Shown: piece after piece, positions 22,894 through 33,918 of the stretch
How the letters are laid out: each line of letters opens with the position of its first letter
How positions within the stretch are numbered: the stretch's first letter is position 1
From: Myxococcota bacterium
GTDB lineage: Bacteria; Myxococcota_A; UBA9042; PHBI01; JAWLBL01
DNA length: 64,000 nt
Reading direction: 5' to 3'
Assembly (NCBI GenBank): GCA_041687695.1
Contig: JAWLBL010000022.1
Span: 92,003 to 156,002, forward strand
Position numbers and translations under genes: made by a program
The notes under the pieces: model-generated
The model's database searches: none
What the model was told of the DNA's origin: nothing
What the model saw: the letters and a program-made list of their open reading frames with translations, nothing else

Positions 22894-23059
22894 GGAGTAT
22901 CTCCTAAGTGGGTATTCTGTGGGTGTCAAAGGAAAAGTGATCTCGCGCACGTCCGGTCACCCCGCGCGGGCGGCCGTGGCCAGTTCCACGGTCGGGGCGG
23001 CTCGTGGTACGAAGCGGCCCACGAACCGCTGACCGCTCCCGACCCCAGTGAGGCTCTCC

Positions 23060-23971
<912 letters not shown>

Positions 23972-24082
23972 GGCCGGGTCGAAGCTGGCCCTCGCGACCT
24001 CGACGGGCCGAGCCATTCAGAGATGGCCCTTGCGGCTGGCGCGAAGGAGGGTGGCTATTCACTTTTCGCGCTTACGGCGGCT

Positions 24083-24285
24083 GCGAAGGCGACGCGTCAA
24101 CCCGACCTCGCCTTCGCCAGCCTTGCGAAGGCGACGGGTAGACCCGACCTCGCCTTGGCCAGCCTTGCGAAGGCGTCGAGCGAACCCGACCTCGTCTTCG
24201 CGAGCCTTGCGAAGGCGACGGGTAAACCCAACCTCGCCTTCGCGAGCCTTGCGAAGGCGACGAGTAAACCCAACATCGCGTTCGC
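24083..24285. repeat. 42-bp palindromic tandem repeat array (5 good copies plus degenerate upstream copies)
   Basis: GCGAAGG at 24083, 24125, 24167, 24209 and 24251, and degenerate at 24041. Unit GCGAAGGCGA-N15-TCGCCTTCGC-N7. Intergenic between convergent genes. Confidence 0.92.
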
Positions 24286-24310
24286 ATCAGCGTTCATGCG
24301 GTCCTGAGGC

Positions 24311-27300
24311 CTACTCGACCCGCAGGGTGTAGGGACCGGCCGCGTCGGCGTCGTGGTCGTGGCCGTCGACGATGACGAAGACCTGCTGGCCCGCCATGAG
24401 GGGCAGCTCGAGGGTCTCCCAGAGCTGCCCGTCCGAGGCGCCCAGGCAGCTGGTCGCGACGGCCGCGCAGTCGCCCACGACGTACAGGGCCGCGTCGAAG
24501 CCGTCGGGCAGGACCGAGACCCGGTAGTCGCCGTCGGCCGGGGCGGTCAGGCGCCAGACCTGCTCGCTCGAGCCCAGGCCCTTGGCGACGAAGGGGCCGC
24601 AGTCGCCCTCGCCGAAGCCGTAGTGGTTCAGCGCCTGGCGCGTGTCGCCGCCGGCCTGGAAGGGCAGGGCGCCCACCTCGAAGGGCAGGGCGCAGGTGTT
24701 GCCCGGGACGGTCTGCGGATCGAGGCAGCTGCCGTCCGCCTGGCAGACGTCGGCCGGGGCGGCGCACTGGCCGCAGACGCCGCCGCAGCCGTCGGGGCCG
24801 CAGGCCTTGCCGTCGCACTGGGGGACGCAGGTCGGCACCACCTGGAAGGTGTAGGCGCCCGCGGCGCCGGTGAGGCCGCCGGTGTCGCCGTCGACCACGA
24901 AGTGCACCGTCTCGCCGTCCTGCAGGGTCAGGTCGAGGCGCAGCGGGTCCCCGGCCGGGTCGGCGGCGTCCAGGCAGATCGGCTCGGCCGCGGCGCAGTC
25001 GTCGATGGCGTACAGGGCGGCGCCCCACCCGGCGCCCAGCACGCGGGCCGTGTAGTCGCCCGCCGCCGGGGCGGTGAAGCGGTAGACCACGTCCTTGGAG
25101 GCGGCGCCGACCGGGGCCTGCCCGCAGGTGCCGGTGAAGAAGGGGTCCGAGGTGGCGGTCGTGCCCTTGTGCTCGAAGGGCAGCTTGGAGACGGCGATGG
25201 CCGCCTGGCAGCCGTAACCGGGCTGGGCGACGCACTGGCCGCCGCCGCAGGCCTGGCCGTAACCGCAGGCGCCGCAGCTGCCGCCGCACCCGTCGGAGCC
25301 GCAGACCTTGCCGTCGCAGCTGGGGGTGCAGGTGGCGATCTTCAGCGTGTGGGTGCCGGCGCCCTCGGCCACCAGCACCAGCGGCTCGCCGGCCTCGAGC
25401 GGGACCCACAGCGACTTGGCGGCCTGGTTGGCGCCGACCGTCAGGCCGCCCTCGCAGGTGCCGGCCAGATCGCCGCAGTCGGCGGCGACGTACAGCGCGC
25501 CGCTGGTGGTCGACCCGTAGGTGACCTGGTAGAGCGCGTCGGCCGGGGCGGTCAGCAGGTAGACCGAGTCGGCCGCGCCCGCGCCCGTGGCGCTCGACAG
25601 TCCCGGGCAGGCGCCGGCCGGGGCGGCGTGGTCGTCGAAGCGGCCGGCGTTCGAGGCGGTGACCTGGAAGGGCAGCGCGTCGATCAGGACGGGGTCGGCG
25701 CAGCGGTCGCCCTGGTCCACGGCCTGGCAGGCGGCGGTCGCCTCGCACAGGCTGGGCAGCGGAAAGCAGGTGGTCTCGGTGACGCAGCGCTGGTCGGCCT
25801 GGCAGGCGCCGCAGGACCCGCCGCAGCCGTCGTCGCCGCAGGCCTTGCCCGCGCAGTCGGGCACGCAGGCGTCGACGGTCAGGGTGTAGGCCCCCTGGGC
25901 GTTACTGACGTTGGCGGTGCCGTCGACGACCGCGAAGACGGTCTGGCCGGCCTCGAGCGGCAGCACCAGCCGGTCGTTGCCGCTGAAGACGCGGCTGGCG
26001 CCCAGGCAGCCGGCGGCCAGATCGCCGCAGTCGGTGGTGACGTAGAGCAGGCTGTCGAAGCTGGCGCCCAGGGTGAAGGTGAAGGCGCCCGCGCTGGGCG
26101 CGGTGAAGGCGTAGACGCCGTCGGCCGAGCCGAGGCCGGTCTGGAAGGTCACCCCCGGGCAGGTCGAGGGCTGCAGGCCGTAGTCGCCCGCCCAGCCGAG
26201 GGTGTCGCCGGTGGCGACGAAGGGCAGGGCGCCCACCGGCAGCGCGTCGGCGCAGGTGTCGCCCGCGGCGGTGGCGAGGCACTGGCCCTCGGGGCTGCAG
26301 ACCTGGCCGGCGCCGCAGGACCCGCAGGAGCCGCAGCCGAAGTCGCCGCACTCGCGGTCGCCGCAGGCCTGGACCTGGCAGACGCGGGTGACCTCGAGGG
26401 TGAAGCGGCCGCGGGTCGCCGGGATGGCCGGCGAGGCGTCGACCACCACGTGGTAGGTCTGTCCCGCGAGCAGATCGACCTCGAGCGTGCCCGCGGCGGC
26501 CGCGAGGCAGGCCTGGGCGCCCCCGCCGCAGCCGGTGACGACCGACAGGAGGTCGGGGCCGACGGGGACCGCCTCGTAGTCGTCGGGGTCGGGGTCGGGC
26601 CAGGTGAGTTCGAACCGGTAGCGGCCGTCGACGTCGGGGGTCAGGCGCCAGGCGACGTCGCGGCGGCCGGCGCCGCTGGCGGGGGCCGAGGGACAGCCGG
26701 CGGTGGTGAAGGCGTCGGTGGCCAGGGTGGTGTCGGCGGTGACGAAGGCCGGCAGGGCGTCGGGCGCGATGGGGTCGCCCTCGCAGGCGTCGCCGGCGGC
26801 GGCCGGGGCGAAGACGGGGTAGGGGGCGCCGTAGCCGATGACCGGGGGCTGCTGGTCCGCCAGCGACGCGAAGAAGCCGCGCCACAGGGCGCGTGCCTCG
26901 GGGTGGGTCGAGGCGACGAAGTGGCTCCCGCCCTGCCACTGCTTGAGGCCGCCGGTGACCGGCCCGGCGGCGGTCGGGACGTTGAGGCTGACCGGCAGGG
27001 CTTGTGGGGCCAGGCCGCGCAGGGCGTGGGCCTCGCTCTCCTTGGCGACGCCCCCGATGAGCGGCAGGCCGGCGGCGGCGGCCATGGCGTCGGTGCCGAC
27101 GGCCGGGGAGGCGTCGTCGAGGGTGCCCTCGGTCACGAACATGTGCTTGGGCGGGCCGGAGGCGGGCGCGAGCCAGTAGGGGGCGTAGTTGATGGGGTCG
27201 GTGGCGTCGACCAGCATCTGGATGAGGGACATGGTGGGGTGGAAGGTGTCGAGGTCGGCCTCGGTCACGCCGAGCAGCAGCGCGACCAGGGCCTCGAAGT

Positions 27301-28876
27301 CGAGCGGGTCCTTGCGGCGCAGGATGGTCTCGACCAGGACGCCAGCGCCGCCCGAGAGCAGGCCGGCCGTGACCCGCGGGTCGATGGCCAGGGCGAGCGA
27401 GCCGGACAGGGCGCCGTGGGAGTGGCCGTAGAAGGTGATGCGGTCGGGGTCGAGGCGCAGCTCGACGCCGCTGACCGTGTCGCCGGGCGCCAGATCGAAG
27501 CCGCCGGCGGCGATCATGCGGGTCAGGTTGAAGGTGTCGATGGCGGCCTGGCGGAAGCCGGTGCGGCCGGCGGGCGGGTTGAGGAAGTTGAAGCTGAAGG
27601 TCTCGAGCTCGCCGTCGGACAGGCCCTCGCCGCGGCTGCCGTGCAGGGGCTGGTCGATGCAGACGACGGCGTGGCCGAGGGCGAGCAGGACCGAGGCGGT
27701 CGAGCGGCAGGACTGGTAGTCGCCGGTGGTGCCGTGGGCGTAGGTGACGACGGGCCAGCCGGCCGGGGGCATCGCGCGGTCGCGCGGGAAGAGGAGGAGG
27801 AAGCGCAGGGTCTCGTCGAGCTGCGGGACGGGCTGGCCGTCGTCGCCGAAGACCAGGCCGCCGCCGGTCTCGGCGTAGGGCTTGTCGCCCTGCTGGAAGT
27901 TGGGGGCGACGTAGGTGCCCTGCAGCTCGCCCCAGACGGTGGGCTCGGCGACGTAGGTCAGCTGCGGGGGCGCCTGGGTGTCCAGGAAGGCCGAGACGGC
28001 GCGCAGCTCGCCGGTGGCGCGCTGGGTGGTGAAGCAGGTGGCGGCGGCCAGATCGGCGCGGGCGAAGGGGCTGCTGGGCAGCCAGTGGCGCAGCGGGGCC
28101 AGGGCGGGGTCGTCGGCCAGGGCCTGGGCGAAGGCGGGGGCCGGCTGCAGGTAGCGGCCCTGGGTGTCCTGGACGGCGCGGGTCAGGACGGCGCACCAGA
28201 CGTCGCCCTCGGACAGCGGCCAGCCGTAGACGGGGCGCAGGGCCAGGGTGGGGCCCAGGTAGTAGGGGTCGCCGGCGCCGTCGCGCTGCTGGAAGACCAG
28301 CGGGACGCGCTGCTGGTAGCGGGCGCTGGTGGGGGTGACGTTGACCAGCTGGACCAGGGCGTCCTCGGCCATGGCGGCCTCGGGCGAGGGCAGGGTCGCG
28401 TCGTCGAGGGGGCCGTCGAGTTGGAAGTAGACGGCGCCGTTGAGGCCGAAGCCGTCGAGGACCTGCATGCCGTGGGCGATGTAGGTCACCAGCAGGTCGG
28501 TGCCGTTGGGGTTGGGGGCGTTGGACAGGTCGATGGCGCCGCTGGGGGAGCGGTAGCGGTCGCTGGGCCAGGGGGTGGCGGTCCAGTCGTCCGAGTCCGG
28601 GTCGAAGCGAGGCGTGACGCCGGGGGAGGTCGCGTCGTAGTCGATGCCCAGGCCGGGGCCCTCGACAGGGCCGGCGTCCACCTCGGCGGCGTCGGCGTCC
28701 GGGTCGGCGTCCGGGACGGCGGCGTCCCGATCGGCGTCGGGGTCGGCGGCGTCCGGGGCGTCGGCGTCGGCCTCGACGTCCGGCGTGTCCGCGTCGGCCG
28801 CGACCTCCGCGTCGCCGCAGCCGATGGCCGCGAGCCAAAGCGCCAGAGAAAGGCCCAACCAGAGTCGCGCGAGCAT
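24311..28876 (-). CDS. Large lipoprotein: alpha/beta-hydrolase (lipase-like) domain followed by repeated beta-sandwich and Cys-rich modules
   Basis: MLARLW...AAIGC lipobox, acidic linker, WPSD, HGTTG, IDQPLHGSRG, nucleophile elbow YGHSHG. About 5 modules ending VVDG/VVDA...GAYTL, with CxxKxCGxDGCGGSCGxC repeats. Confidence 0.85.
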   Translation of the reverse strand: MLARLWLGLSLALWLAAIGCGDAEVAADADTPDVEADADAPDAADPDADRDAAVPDADPDADAAEVDAGPVEGPGLGIDYDATSPGVTPRFDPDSDDWTATPWPSDRYRSPSGAIDLSNAPNPNGTDLLVTYIAHGMQVLDGFGLNGAVYFQLDGPLDDATLPSPEAAMAEDALVQLVNVTPTSARYQQRVPLVFQQRDGAGDPYYLGPTLALRPVYGWPLSEGDVWCAVLTRAVQDTQGRYLQPAPAFAQALADDPALAPLRHWLPSSPFARADLAAATCFTTQRATGELRAVSAFLDTQAPPQLTYVAEPTVWGELQGTYVAPNFQQGDKPYAETGGGLVFGDDGQPVPQLDETLRFLLLFPRDRAMPPAGWPVVTYAHGTTGDYQSCRSTASVLLALGHAVVCIDQPLHGSRGEGLSDGELETFSFNFLNPPAGRTGFRQAAIDTFNLTRMIAAGGFDLAPGDTVSGVELRLDPDRITFYGHSHGALSGSLALAIDPRVTAGLLSGGAGVLVETILRRKDPLDFEALVALLLGVTEADLDTFHPTMSLIQMLVDATDPINYAPYWLAPASGPPKHMFVTEGTLDDASPAVGTDAMAAAAGLPLIGGVAKESEAHALRGLAPQALPVSLNVPTAAGPVTGGLKQWQGGSHFVASTHPEARALWRGFFASLADQQPPVIGYGAPYPVFAPAAAGDACEGDPIAPDALPAFVTADTTLATDAFTTAGCPSAPASGAGRRDVAWRLTPDVDGRYRFELTWPDPDPDDYEAVPVGPDLLSVVTGCGGGAQACLAAAAGTLEVDLLAGQTYHVVVDASPAIPATRGRFTLEVTRVCQVQACGDRECGDFGCGSCGSCGAGQVCSPEGQCLATAAGDTCADALPVGALPFVATGDTLGWAGDYGLQPSTCPGVTFQTGLGSADGVYAFTAPSAGAFTFTLGASFDSLLYVTTDCGDLAAGCLGASRVFSGNDRLVLPLEAGQTVFAVVDGTANVSNAQGAYTLTVDACVPDCAGKACGDDGCGGSCGACQADQRCVTETTCFPLPSLCEATAACQAVDQGDRCADPVLIDALPFQVTASNAGRFDDHAAPAGACPGLSSATGAGAADSVYLLTAPADALYQVTYGSTTSGALYVAADCGDLAGTCEGGLTVGANQAAKSLWVPLEAGEPLVLVAEGAGTHTLKIATCTPSCDGKVCGSDGCGGSCGACGYGQACGGGQCVAQPGYGCQAAIAVSKLPFEHKGTTATSDPFFTGTCGQAPVGAASKDVVYRFTAPAAGDYTARVLGAGWGAALYAIDDCAAAEPICLDAADPAGDPLRLDLTLQDGETVHFVVDGDTGGLTGAAGAYTFQVVPTCVPQCDGKACGPDGCGGVCGQCAAPADVCQADGSCLDPQTVPGNTCALPFEVGALPFQAGGDTRQALNHYGFGEGDCGPFVAKGLGSSEQVWRLTAPADGDYRVSVLPDGFDAALYVVGDCAAVATSCLGASDGQLWETLELPLMAGQQVFVIVDGHDHDADAAGPYTLRVE

Positions 28877-29021
28877 AGTGTCCCCCCTGCGGCGAGGCAG
28901 GCGGTATAGCGCGGCGGCTCGGGTCACGACAACCGCTCGCCGCGCGCCCCGCGACGCGGTAGCCTGCGCCATCGTCCCCCGACGAACCCCCGCCACACCC
29001 TCCGCCCCCACTTTCGGCCTG

Positions 29022-30479
29022 ATGACGCGCCCGATGAGCTTTCGCGCCCTCATCCTGCTCGCCACGTCCCTGCTCGCGCTCGCCGCGATCGGGTCGGCGG
29101 TGATCCTCGTGTCGCTGAGCACGGTCCTGCACTCGGCCGCGACGCGCATGGGCACCTCGGTCGAGAGCGTCAGCGTGGCCTACCAGGCGCTGGTCGATCT
29201 GCTGGACCACCGCCGGCTGGGCAACCGCATCGACGACTACGGTCCGCTGCCGGAGCTGGTCCAGCAGCGCGCCGCGGCCGAGCAGCACCTGCGGGAGACG
29301 CTCGAGCGGGCGCGCGCCTACGCGACCGTGCCCGTCGAGCACCTGCTCGTCGTGCTCGCCCAGGTCGAGGTCCAGGAGTACCTCGACGCGCCCGAGGGCC
29401 AGGTGTTCGTCCCGATGGGCGACGCCATCCAGGCCCTGTCGAGCCTGAGAACCCTGAACGTGCGCGAGGCCGAGGTGGCCCAGCGGGACATCGAGCGCCT
29501 CGACGGCCTGCTGCGTCGGCTGGTCGTCCTGGCGGCCGTGCTGCTGGTCGCCGGCGCCGTGGGGATGGGCGTCTGGCTGCGGGTGTCGGTCCTGGGCCCC
29601 GTCGCCCGCATGGCGCGGGTCACGCGAGGATACGCCGCCGGGGACGCCTCGACGCGGGTGTCGGTCGAGGGGCACCACGAGTTCCGCGACATGGCGCGGG
29701 CCTTCAACGAGCTGGCCGAGGAGCTGGAGCGGCAACGCGAGGCGCGCGCCACCATCCTGGCGGGGGTCGCCCACGATCTGCGCAACCCGCTGACGGCGCT
29801 GACCCTGAGCCTGTACGGGGTGCGCGACGAGCGCCCGCTGCCGCCCGAGCCGCAGCTGCGGGCGCTGGTGGCGCGGGTGCGGGCGCAGGCCGGGCGGCTC
29901 GAGCGCATGGTCGGCGATCTGGTCGACGCCGCCCTGCTCGAGGCGGGCGAGCTGCAGCTGCAGCTGCGGCCGGTCGATCTCGCCGAGGTGGCCCGCGAGG
30001 CGGTCGACCTCTACCAGCCGACGACCGACGGGCCGATGACGCTCGAGGTCGCCGCCGGGCCGGACGGCGACGGCGAGGCCCTTTGCGTGATGGGCGATCC
30101 GCTGCGTCTGTCGCAGGTGCTCAACAACCTGGTCAGCAACGCCATCAAGTACTCCGAGCCGGCCTCGCCCGTGCGCCTGTCGGTGGCGCGCGCGGGGGAC
30201 GAGGTGCGCCTGAGCGTGGCCGACGAGGGCATCGGAATGACCGCCGAGGAGGTCGAGCGGCTCTTCGTGCCGTTCCGCCGCACCGACGACGCCCGCCTGC
30301 ACGCGCGGGGGACCGGCCTCGGGCTGTCGGTGGCCGCCGCCATCGTGCGCGGACACGGCGGCCGCATCGAGGTCCAGAGCGAGCCGGCGCGCGGGTCGAC
30401 CTTCACGGTGATCCTGCCGGCGGCGGAGACCGTGGCGGAGCGGCGGCCGCCCCAGGAATCCGTAGAGGGGCCGGCGTAG
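29022..30479 (+). CDS. Membrane sensor histidine kinase (2 TM, HAMP, HisKA, HATPase)
   Basis: Two hydrophobic helices, HAMP (HEFRDMARAFNEL), AHDLRNPL, NLVSNAIKYS, GTGLGL. No cognate regulator is adjacent. Start could be 29034. Confidence 0.9.
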   Translation: MTRPMSFRALILLATSLLALAAIGSAVILVSLSTVLHSAATRMGTSVESVSVAYQALVDLLDHRRLGNRIDDYGPLPELVQQRAAAEQHLRETLERARAYATVPVEHLLVVLAQVEVQEYLDAPEGQVFVPMGDAIQALSSLRTLNVREAEVAQRDIERLDGLLRRLVVLAAVLLVAGAVGMGVWLRVSVLGPVARMARVTRGYAAGDASTRVSVEGHHEFRDMARAFNELAEELERQREARATILAGVAHDLRNPLTALTLSLYGVRDERPLPPEPQLRALVARVRAQAGRLERMVGDLVDAALLEAGELQLQLRPVDLAEVAREAVDLYQPTTDGPMTLEVAAGPDGDGEALCVMGDPLRLSQVLNNLVSNAIKYSEPASPVRLSVARAGDEVRLSVADEGIGMTAEEVERLFVPFRRTDDARLHARGTGLGLSVAAAIVRGHGGRIEVQSEPARGSTFTVILPAAETVAERRPPQESVEGPA

Positions 30480-30491
30480 TTCTGCTGGGCC

Positions 30492-31289
30492 ATGAGCGCC
30501 TCGCGACCGCCGTTGAGCAGCCTCGCCCGCTGGGCCCGACCGGACGCCGGCCCGGTCCCTGCGGAGGTCGAGGCGGCGCTGCGGCAGGATCCGCGCGCCG
30601 GGGCGCAGGCCATCCTGGCGGCCATCGAGGCGCGCCGGCGCAAGCGCCGCGCCGAGGGGCAGCGGCTGAGGTGGATGCTGCGGCACGAGCGGCCGCTGTG
30701 GGAGGCCGGGCTGCGGCACGTCGCGGGCGTCGACGAGGCCGGGATGGCGCCGCTGGCCGGGCCGGTGTTCGCCGCGGCGGTGATCCTGGCGCCCGGGACG
30801 CGGCTGCCCGAGGTGGACGACTCGAAGAAGCTGGCGCCCGAGGTGCGCGAGCGCCTGGCGGAGGTCATCCGGCGCGAGGCGCTGGGTTGGGCGGTCGGGG
30901 TGGCGACCGTCGAGGACATCGACGCGCTGAACATCTACTACGCGGGGCTGCTGGCGATGCGGCGGGCGGTCGAGGCGCTGCCAGTCGCGCCCGAAGCCCT
31001 GCTGCTGGACGCGCGGCGGCTGCCGGAGCTGGCGATCCCCCAACACAAGATCGTCCATGGGGACGCGCTGAGCCTGTCCATCGCGGCGGCGTCCATCCTG
31101 GCCAAGACCGCGCGCGACGCCTTCATGGTGGCGCTGGACGCGCGGCACCCGGGGTACGGGTTCGCGCGCCACAAGGGCTATCCGGTGCCCGCGCACCGGG
31201 CCGCGCTGGCGCGCCTGGGGCCGTGCGTGGCCCACAGGCGCGCGTTCGTCACGCGAACGGAGACCGACGACTACTTGGCCGAGCCGTAA
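30492..31289 (+). CDS. rnhB: Ribonuclease HII
   Basis: [39 protein letters not shown]. Confidence 0.95.
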   Translation: MSASRPPLSSLARWARPDAGPVPAEVEAALRQDPRAGAQAILAAIEARRRKRRAEGQRLRWMLRHERPLWEAGLRHVAGVDEAGMAPLAGPVFAAAVILAPGTRLPEVDDSKKLAPEVRERLAEVIRREALGWAVGVATVEDIDALNIYYAGLLAMRRAVEALPVAPEALLLDARRLPELAIPQHKIVHGDALSLSIAAASILAKTARDAFMVALDARHPGYGFARHKGYPVPAHRAALARLGPCVAHRRAFVTRTETDDYLAEP

Positions 31290-33736
31290 AGGGCCGAGCA
31301 GGCGCCGAGGGGACCGACCAGCTCGGCGGTCTCGCCGGCGAGGACGCTGCCGAGGAAGGCGTGCGCCTGGTTGTGCAGGCCGCAGATGGGCGAGGCGCTG
31401 GAGATCGGAGCCTCGAGCGCCACGGCCGGCGGGTGCGGCTGCTCGAAGCGCTGCGTGCAGACCGGCGTGATGAGCTGCGCATGGCAGTTGTCGCTGTAAT
31501 AGAAGAGGCCCGACGTGAACACCTGGCCCTGGAACTCCGTGTTGGCGGTCTCGGGTTCGACGTGGTCGGTCAGGTCGAGGTTGAAGCTGCCCGGGACGTC
31601 GTCGGCCAGCTCCCAAAGGACCGGCAAGTCGTAGCCCTTCAGGCCGAGCGCCCGGTTGTAGGTGATCTGGGCGGGCGTGTAGAGCGTCTCGTCCCAGCTG
31701 TCGCTCGAGCTGAGAAAGTCCGGGCGCGGGCGGTCCTTGCCGCGCAAGCGCAGGACGTAGGGCGCGTAGCCCAGCGGGTCGCCGCGCTCGCTGAGCCACT
31801 GCAAGAGCTGCAGCGGCAGGTTCAGGTGTCCCTCGGTCTGCAGGCGCGGCGGGGGCGTCTTCAGGCCCATCGTCGCGAACAGCACGCCCGAGGCCTGCAC
31901 CGCGTTGGCCGGCGCCTTGAGCAGGTTCTCCGTCAGGATGCGACCGGAGCCGACGCTCGCCAAGATGGCCTGGAAGTCGTCGACGGTCGCGAACAGGGCC
32001 GTGTGGAACGAGGTGCCGAAGCTGAGCGAGGCGTGGAACAGGCGGGTCGGGTCGAAGGAGAGGCCGTCCATGACCTGGCTCCAGTCGCCGGTCTGCAGCG
32101 TCTCGACCAGGTTGGCCGTGTCGGCGGTGATGCTCAGCAGGTTGGCCTCGATGACCCGCGGGTCGACGCTCTGCGGCACCGCGAACAGGGGCGCCACCGC
32201 CGCCGCGGCCGAGCCGCCGTCGCCGATGTAGTCGGGCGCGTAGCCCTCGTCGCCGGCCGAAAGGCCCGTGTACTGGTTGGACAGGTCGGTGCCGGTCGGC
32301 ACGACCAGGTTCAGGTCCGGCACGAACTCGGTCGACAGGCGCCCGCCGTGGAAGACCATGTCGATGGCGATGGTGGCCAGGCCCAGCTCGCAGCCGAGGT
32401 TCGCGATGGGCAGCGCGTCGGCGCGCGTCGCTCCGCCGCCATGGCTGAACACGACGACCGGCAGGTCGGCGGGGTCATCGAGGTGTTCCTCGCACAGAAA
32501 CAGCGTGAACGGGACCATGCTGGAGACCGACGCGACGGGGAGGCCGTCGTCGCCGAGGGCGAGGGGGGCGATGGCCGCCGTGTCGCCCGTGCGCTGCATG
32601 TTGAAGGTCGGGACCGTGAGGCTGCCGTTGACGACGCGCCCGATGTTGGCGTGGTAGGTGCCGCCGGTGTATGGCCCGTCCTGCCCGGGCAGCTGGCTGG
32701 CCTCGACGCGGCTGCCGGCGCTCCACACGCCGGGGTTGTCGGCGAAGGGCGCCAGCGGCTCGCCGAAGTAGGCGTCGAGGGCCGGGCCGTCGATGACCGG
32801 GGCCTCGATGGGCTCGTCGGTCTCGGCGTTCCAGGCGACGGCGCGGGTCGGGGTCGAGATATGGGCCCGCGCCGCCGCGACGACCGCCTCGGCCAGGGGC
32901 ATCGTGGGCTCGGTGGTGAAGACGGTCGCGACGAGGAGGTGGTCCGGAGTCAGCGGATTGGTCGGCTCGGCGAGCCACTCGCGCGCGGGGGCGAAGGCGG
33001 CGCGGGCCGGCGCGGGGGCGTCGCCGTCGTCGGCCAGGACGGCGGCGAGGCCGGCCTGGGGAGCGATGGCGCGGCCGTCGGCGAGCTTGGGGCCGGGCTG
33101 GATGAAGGCGACGTAGGTCGAGTCGGGCATCATGAACTGGCCCACGCGGGGCGTGATGACCAGGGCGGATCCGCTGGGGTCCAGCTCGACCCGCACCCCC
33201 ACGGTCTGGCCTTTGGCGGCGCCGGCGACCCCGATCAGGCCGACCTTGCCATCGAACGAGGCGAGGTCGAGCTCGGCGTCGGGGTGGAGGAACAGGTTGA
33301 TGCCCGCCGCGAAGCCGAAGCCCTCGCGGCCGTCGGCGGCGGCGCTGAGCAGGGCCAGGATCTCGGGCTTGGCCTGGGCGCCGATGACCGGGTCGTCCTC
33401 GAAGGGCTGCAGCGCGACCCGGCCCTGGGCGTCCAGGTAGAGGTCGTTCGGGAAGGGGGCGGCCGAGACCGGCTGGGCGGGGTCGAGGCCGAAGGCGAAG
33501 ACCGCCGCGGGGTCGACTGGCTCGGTGGGGCCGGTGTCGGCGTCGTCCACGGTGTCGGCCGAGGTCGTGTCGGCGTCGTCCTCCACGTCGGGGTCGCCGC
33601 CCAGATCGTCCTGGACCTCGGCCTTGGTGTCCGGGCTGGTGTCGCCGCCGGCCGTGGGACCGTCGTCGCCGCAGGCGCCCAGCGCGGCCGAGGACAGGAG
33701 GGCGAGACCGAGCCGGAGGTGACGATACAGCCGCAT
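31271..33736 (-). CDS. Lipoprotein with a lipase-like alpha/beta-hydrolase fold
   Basis: LGAC lipobox, acidic linker, [23 protein letters not shown], elbow-like SLSFG, GDPLGYA. Same architecture as the N-terminal half of 24311-28876. Confidence 0.75.
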   Translation of the reverse strand: MRLYRHLRLGLALLSSAALGACGDDGPTAGGDTSPDTKAEVQDDLGGDPDVEDDADTTSADTVDDADTGPTEPVDPAAVFAFGLDPAQPVSAAPFPNDLYLDAQGRVALQPFEDDPVIGAQAKPEILALLSAAADGREGFGFAAGINLFLHPDAELDLASFDGKVGLIGVAGAAKGQTVGVRVELDPSGSALVITPRVGQFMMPDSTYVAFIQPGPKLADGRAIAPQAGLAAVLADDGDAPAPARAAFAPAREWLAEPTNPLTPDHLLVATVFTTEPTMPLAEAVVAAARAHISTPTRAVAWNAETDEPIEAPVIDGPALDAYFGEPLAPFADNPGVWSAGSRVEASQLPGQDGPYTGGTYHANIGRVVNGSLTVPTFNMQRTGDTAAIAPLALGDDGLPVASVSSMVPFTLFLCEEHLDDPADLPVVVFSHGGGATRADALPIANLGCELGLATIAIDMVFHGGRLSTEFVPDLNLVVPTGTDLSNQYTGLSAGDEGYAPDYIGDGGSAAAAVAPLFAVPQSVDPRVIEANLLSITADTANLVETLQTGDWSQVMDGLSFDPTRLFHASLSFGTSFHTALFATVDDFQAILASVGSGRILTENLLKAPANAVQASGVLFATMGLKTPPPRLQTEGHLNLPLQLLQWLSERGDPLGYAPYVLRLRGKDRPRPDFLSSSDSWDETLYTPAQITYNRALGLKGYDLPVLWELADDVPGSFNLDLTDHVEPETANTEFQGQVFTSGLFYYSDNCHAQLITPVCTQRFEQPHPPAVALEAPISSASPICGLHNQAHAFLGSVLAGETAELVGPLGACSALYGSAK

Positions 33737-33918
33737 TGCGATGCTCCCGAGGTGGACGCGGTTGGCGACGCAGCGAAGCGCCAAGGGCCCGTGATGTCAA
33801 GGCCGCCGCGACGCGTGAATGCGGCGCCGCGTCGTGGTATGGGTCGGTCGGCCGCTTTGGGGACCGGGAGGACGGCATCAGTCGGAGCGAGGTCGCAGCG
33901 TCGCCGGCCGAGGCGGGC

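Noticed and set aside
22895..22929. marR promoter (minus-strand TTGACA at 22929-22924 with an ACCCAC direct repeat)
   Set aside because: The -35 is good, but the -10 at 17 bp (TAGGAG) is poor and overlaps the RBS. No clear MarR palindrome was seen.
24083..24285. CRISPR array reading (27-bp palindromic repeat with 15-bp spacers)
   Set aside because: The spacers are too short and nearly identical to one another, the repeats are degenerate, and there is no cas gene in the window.
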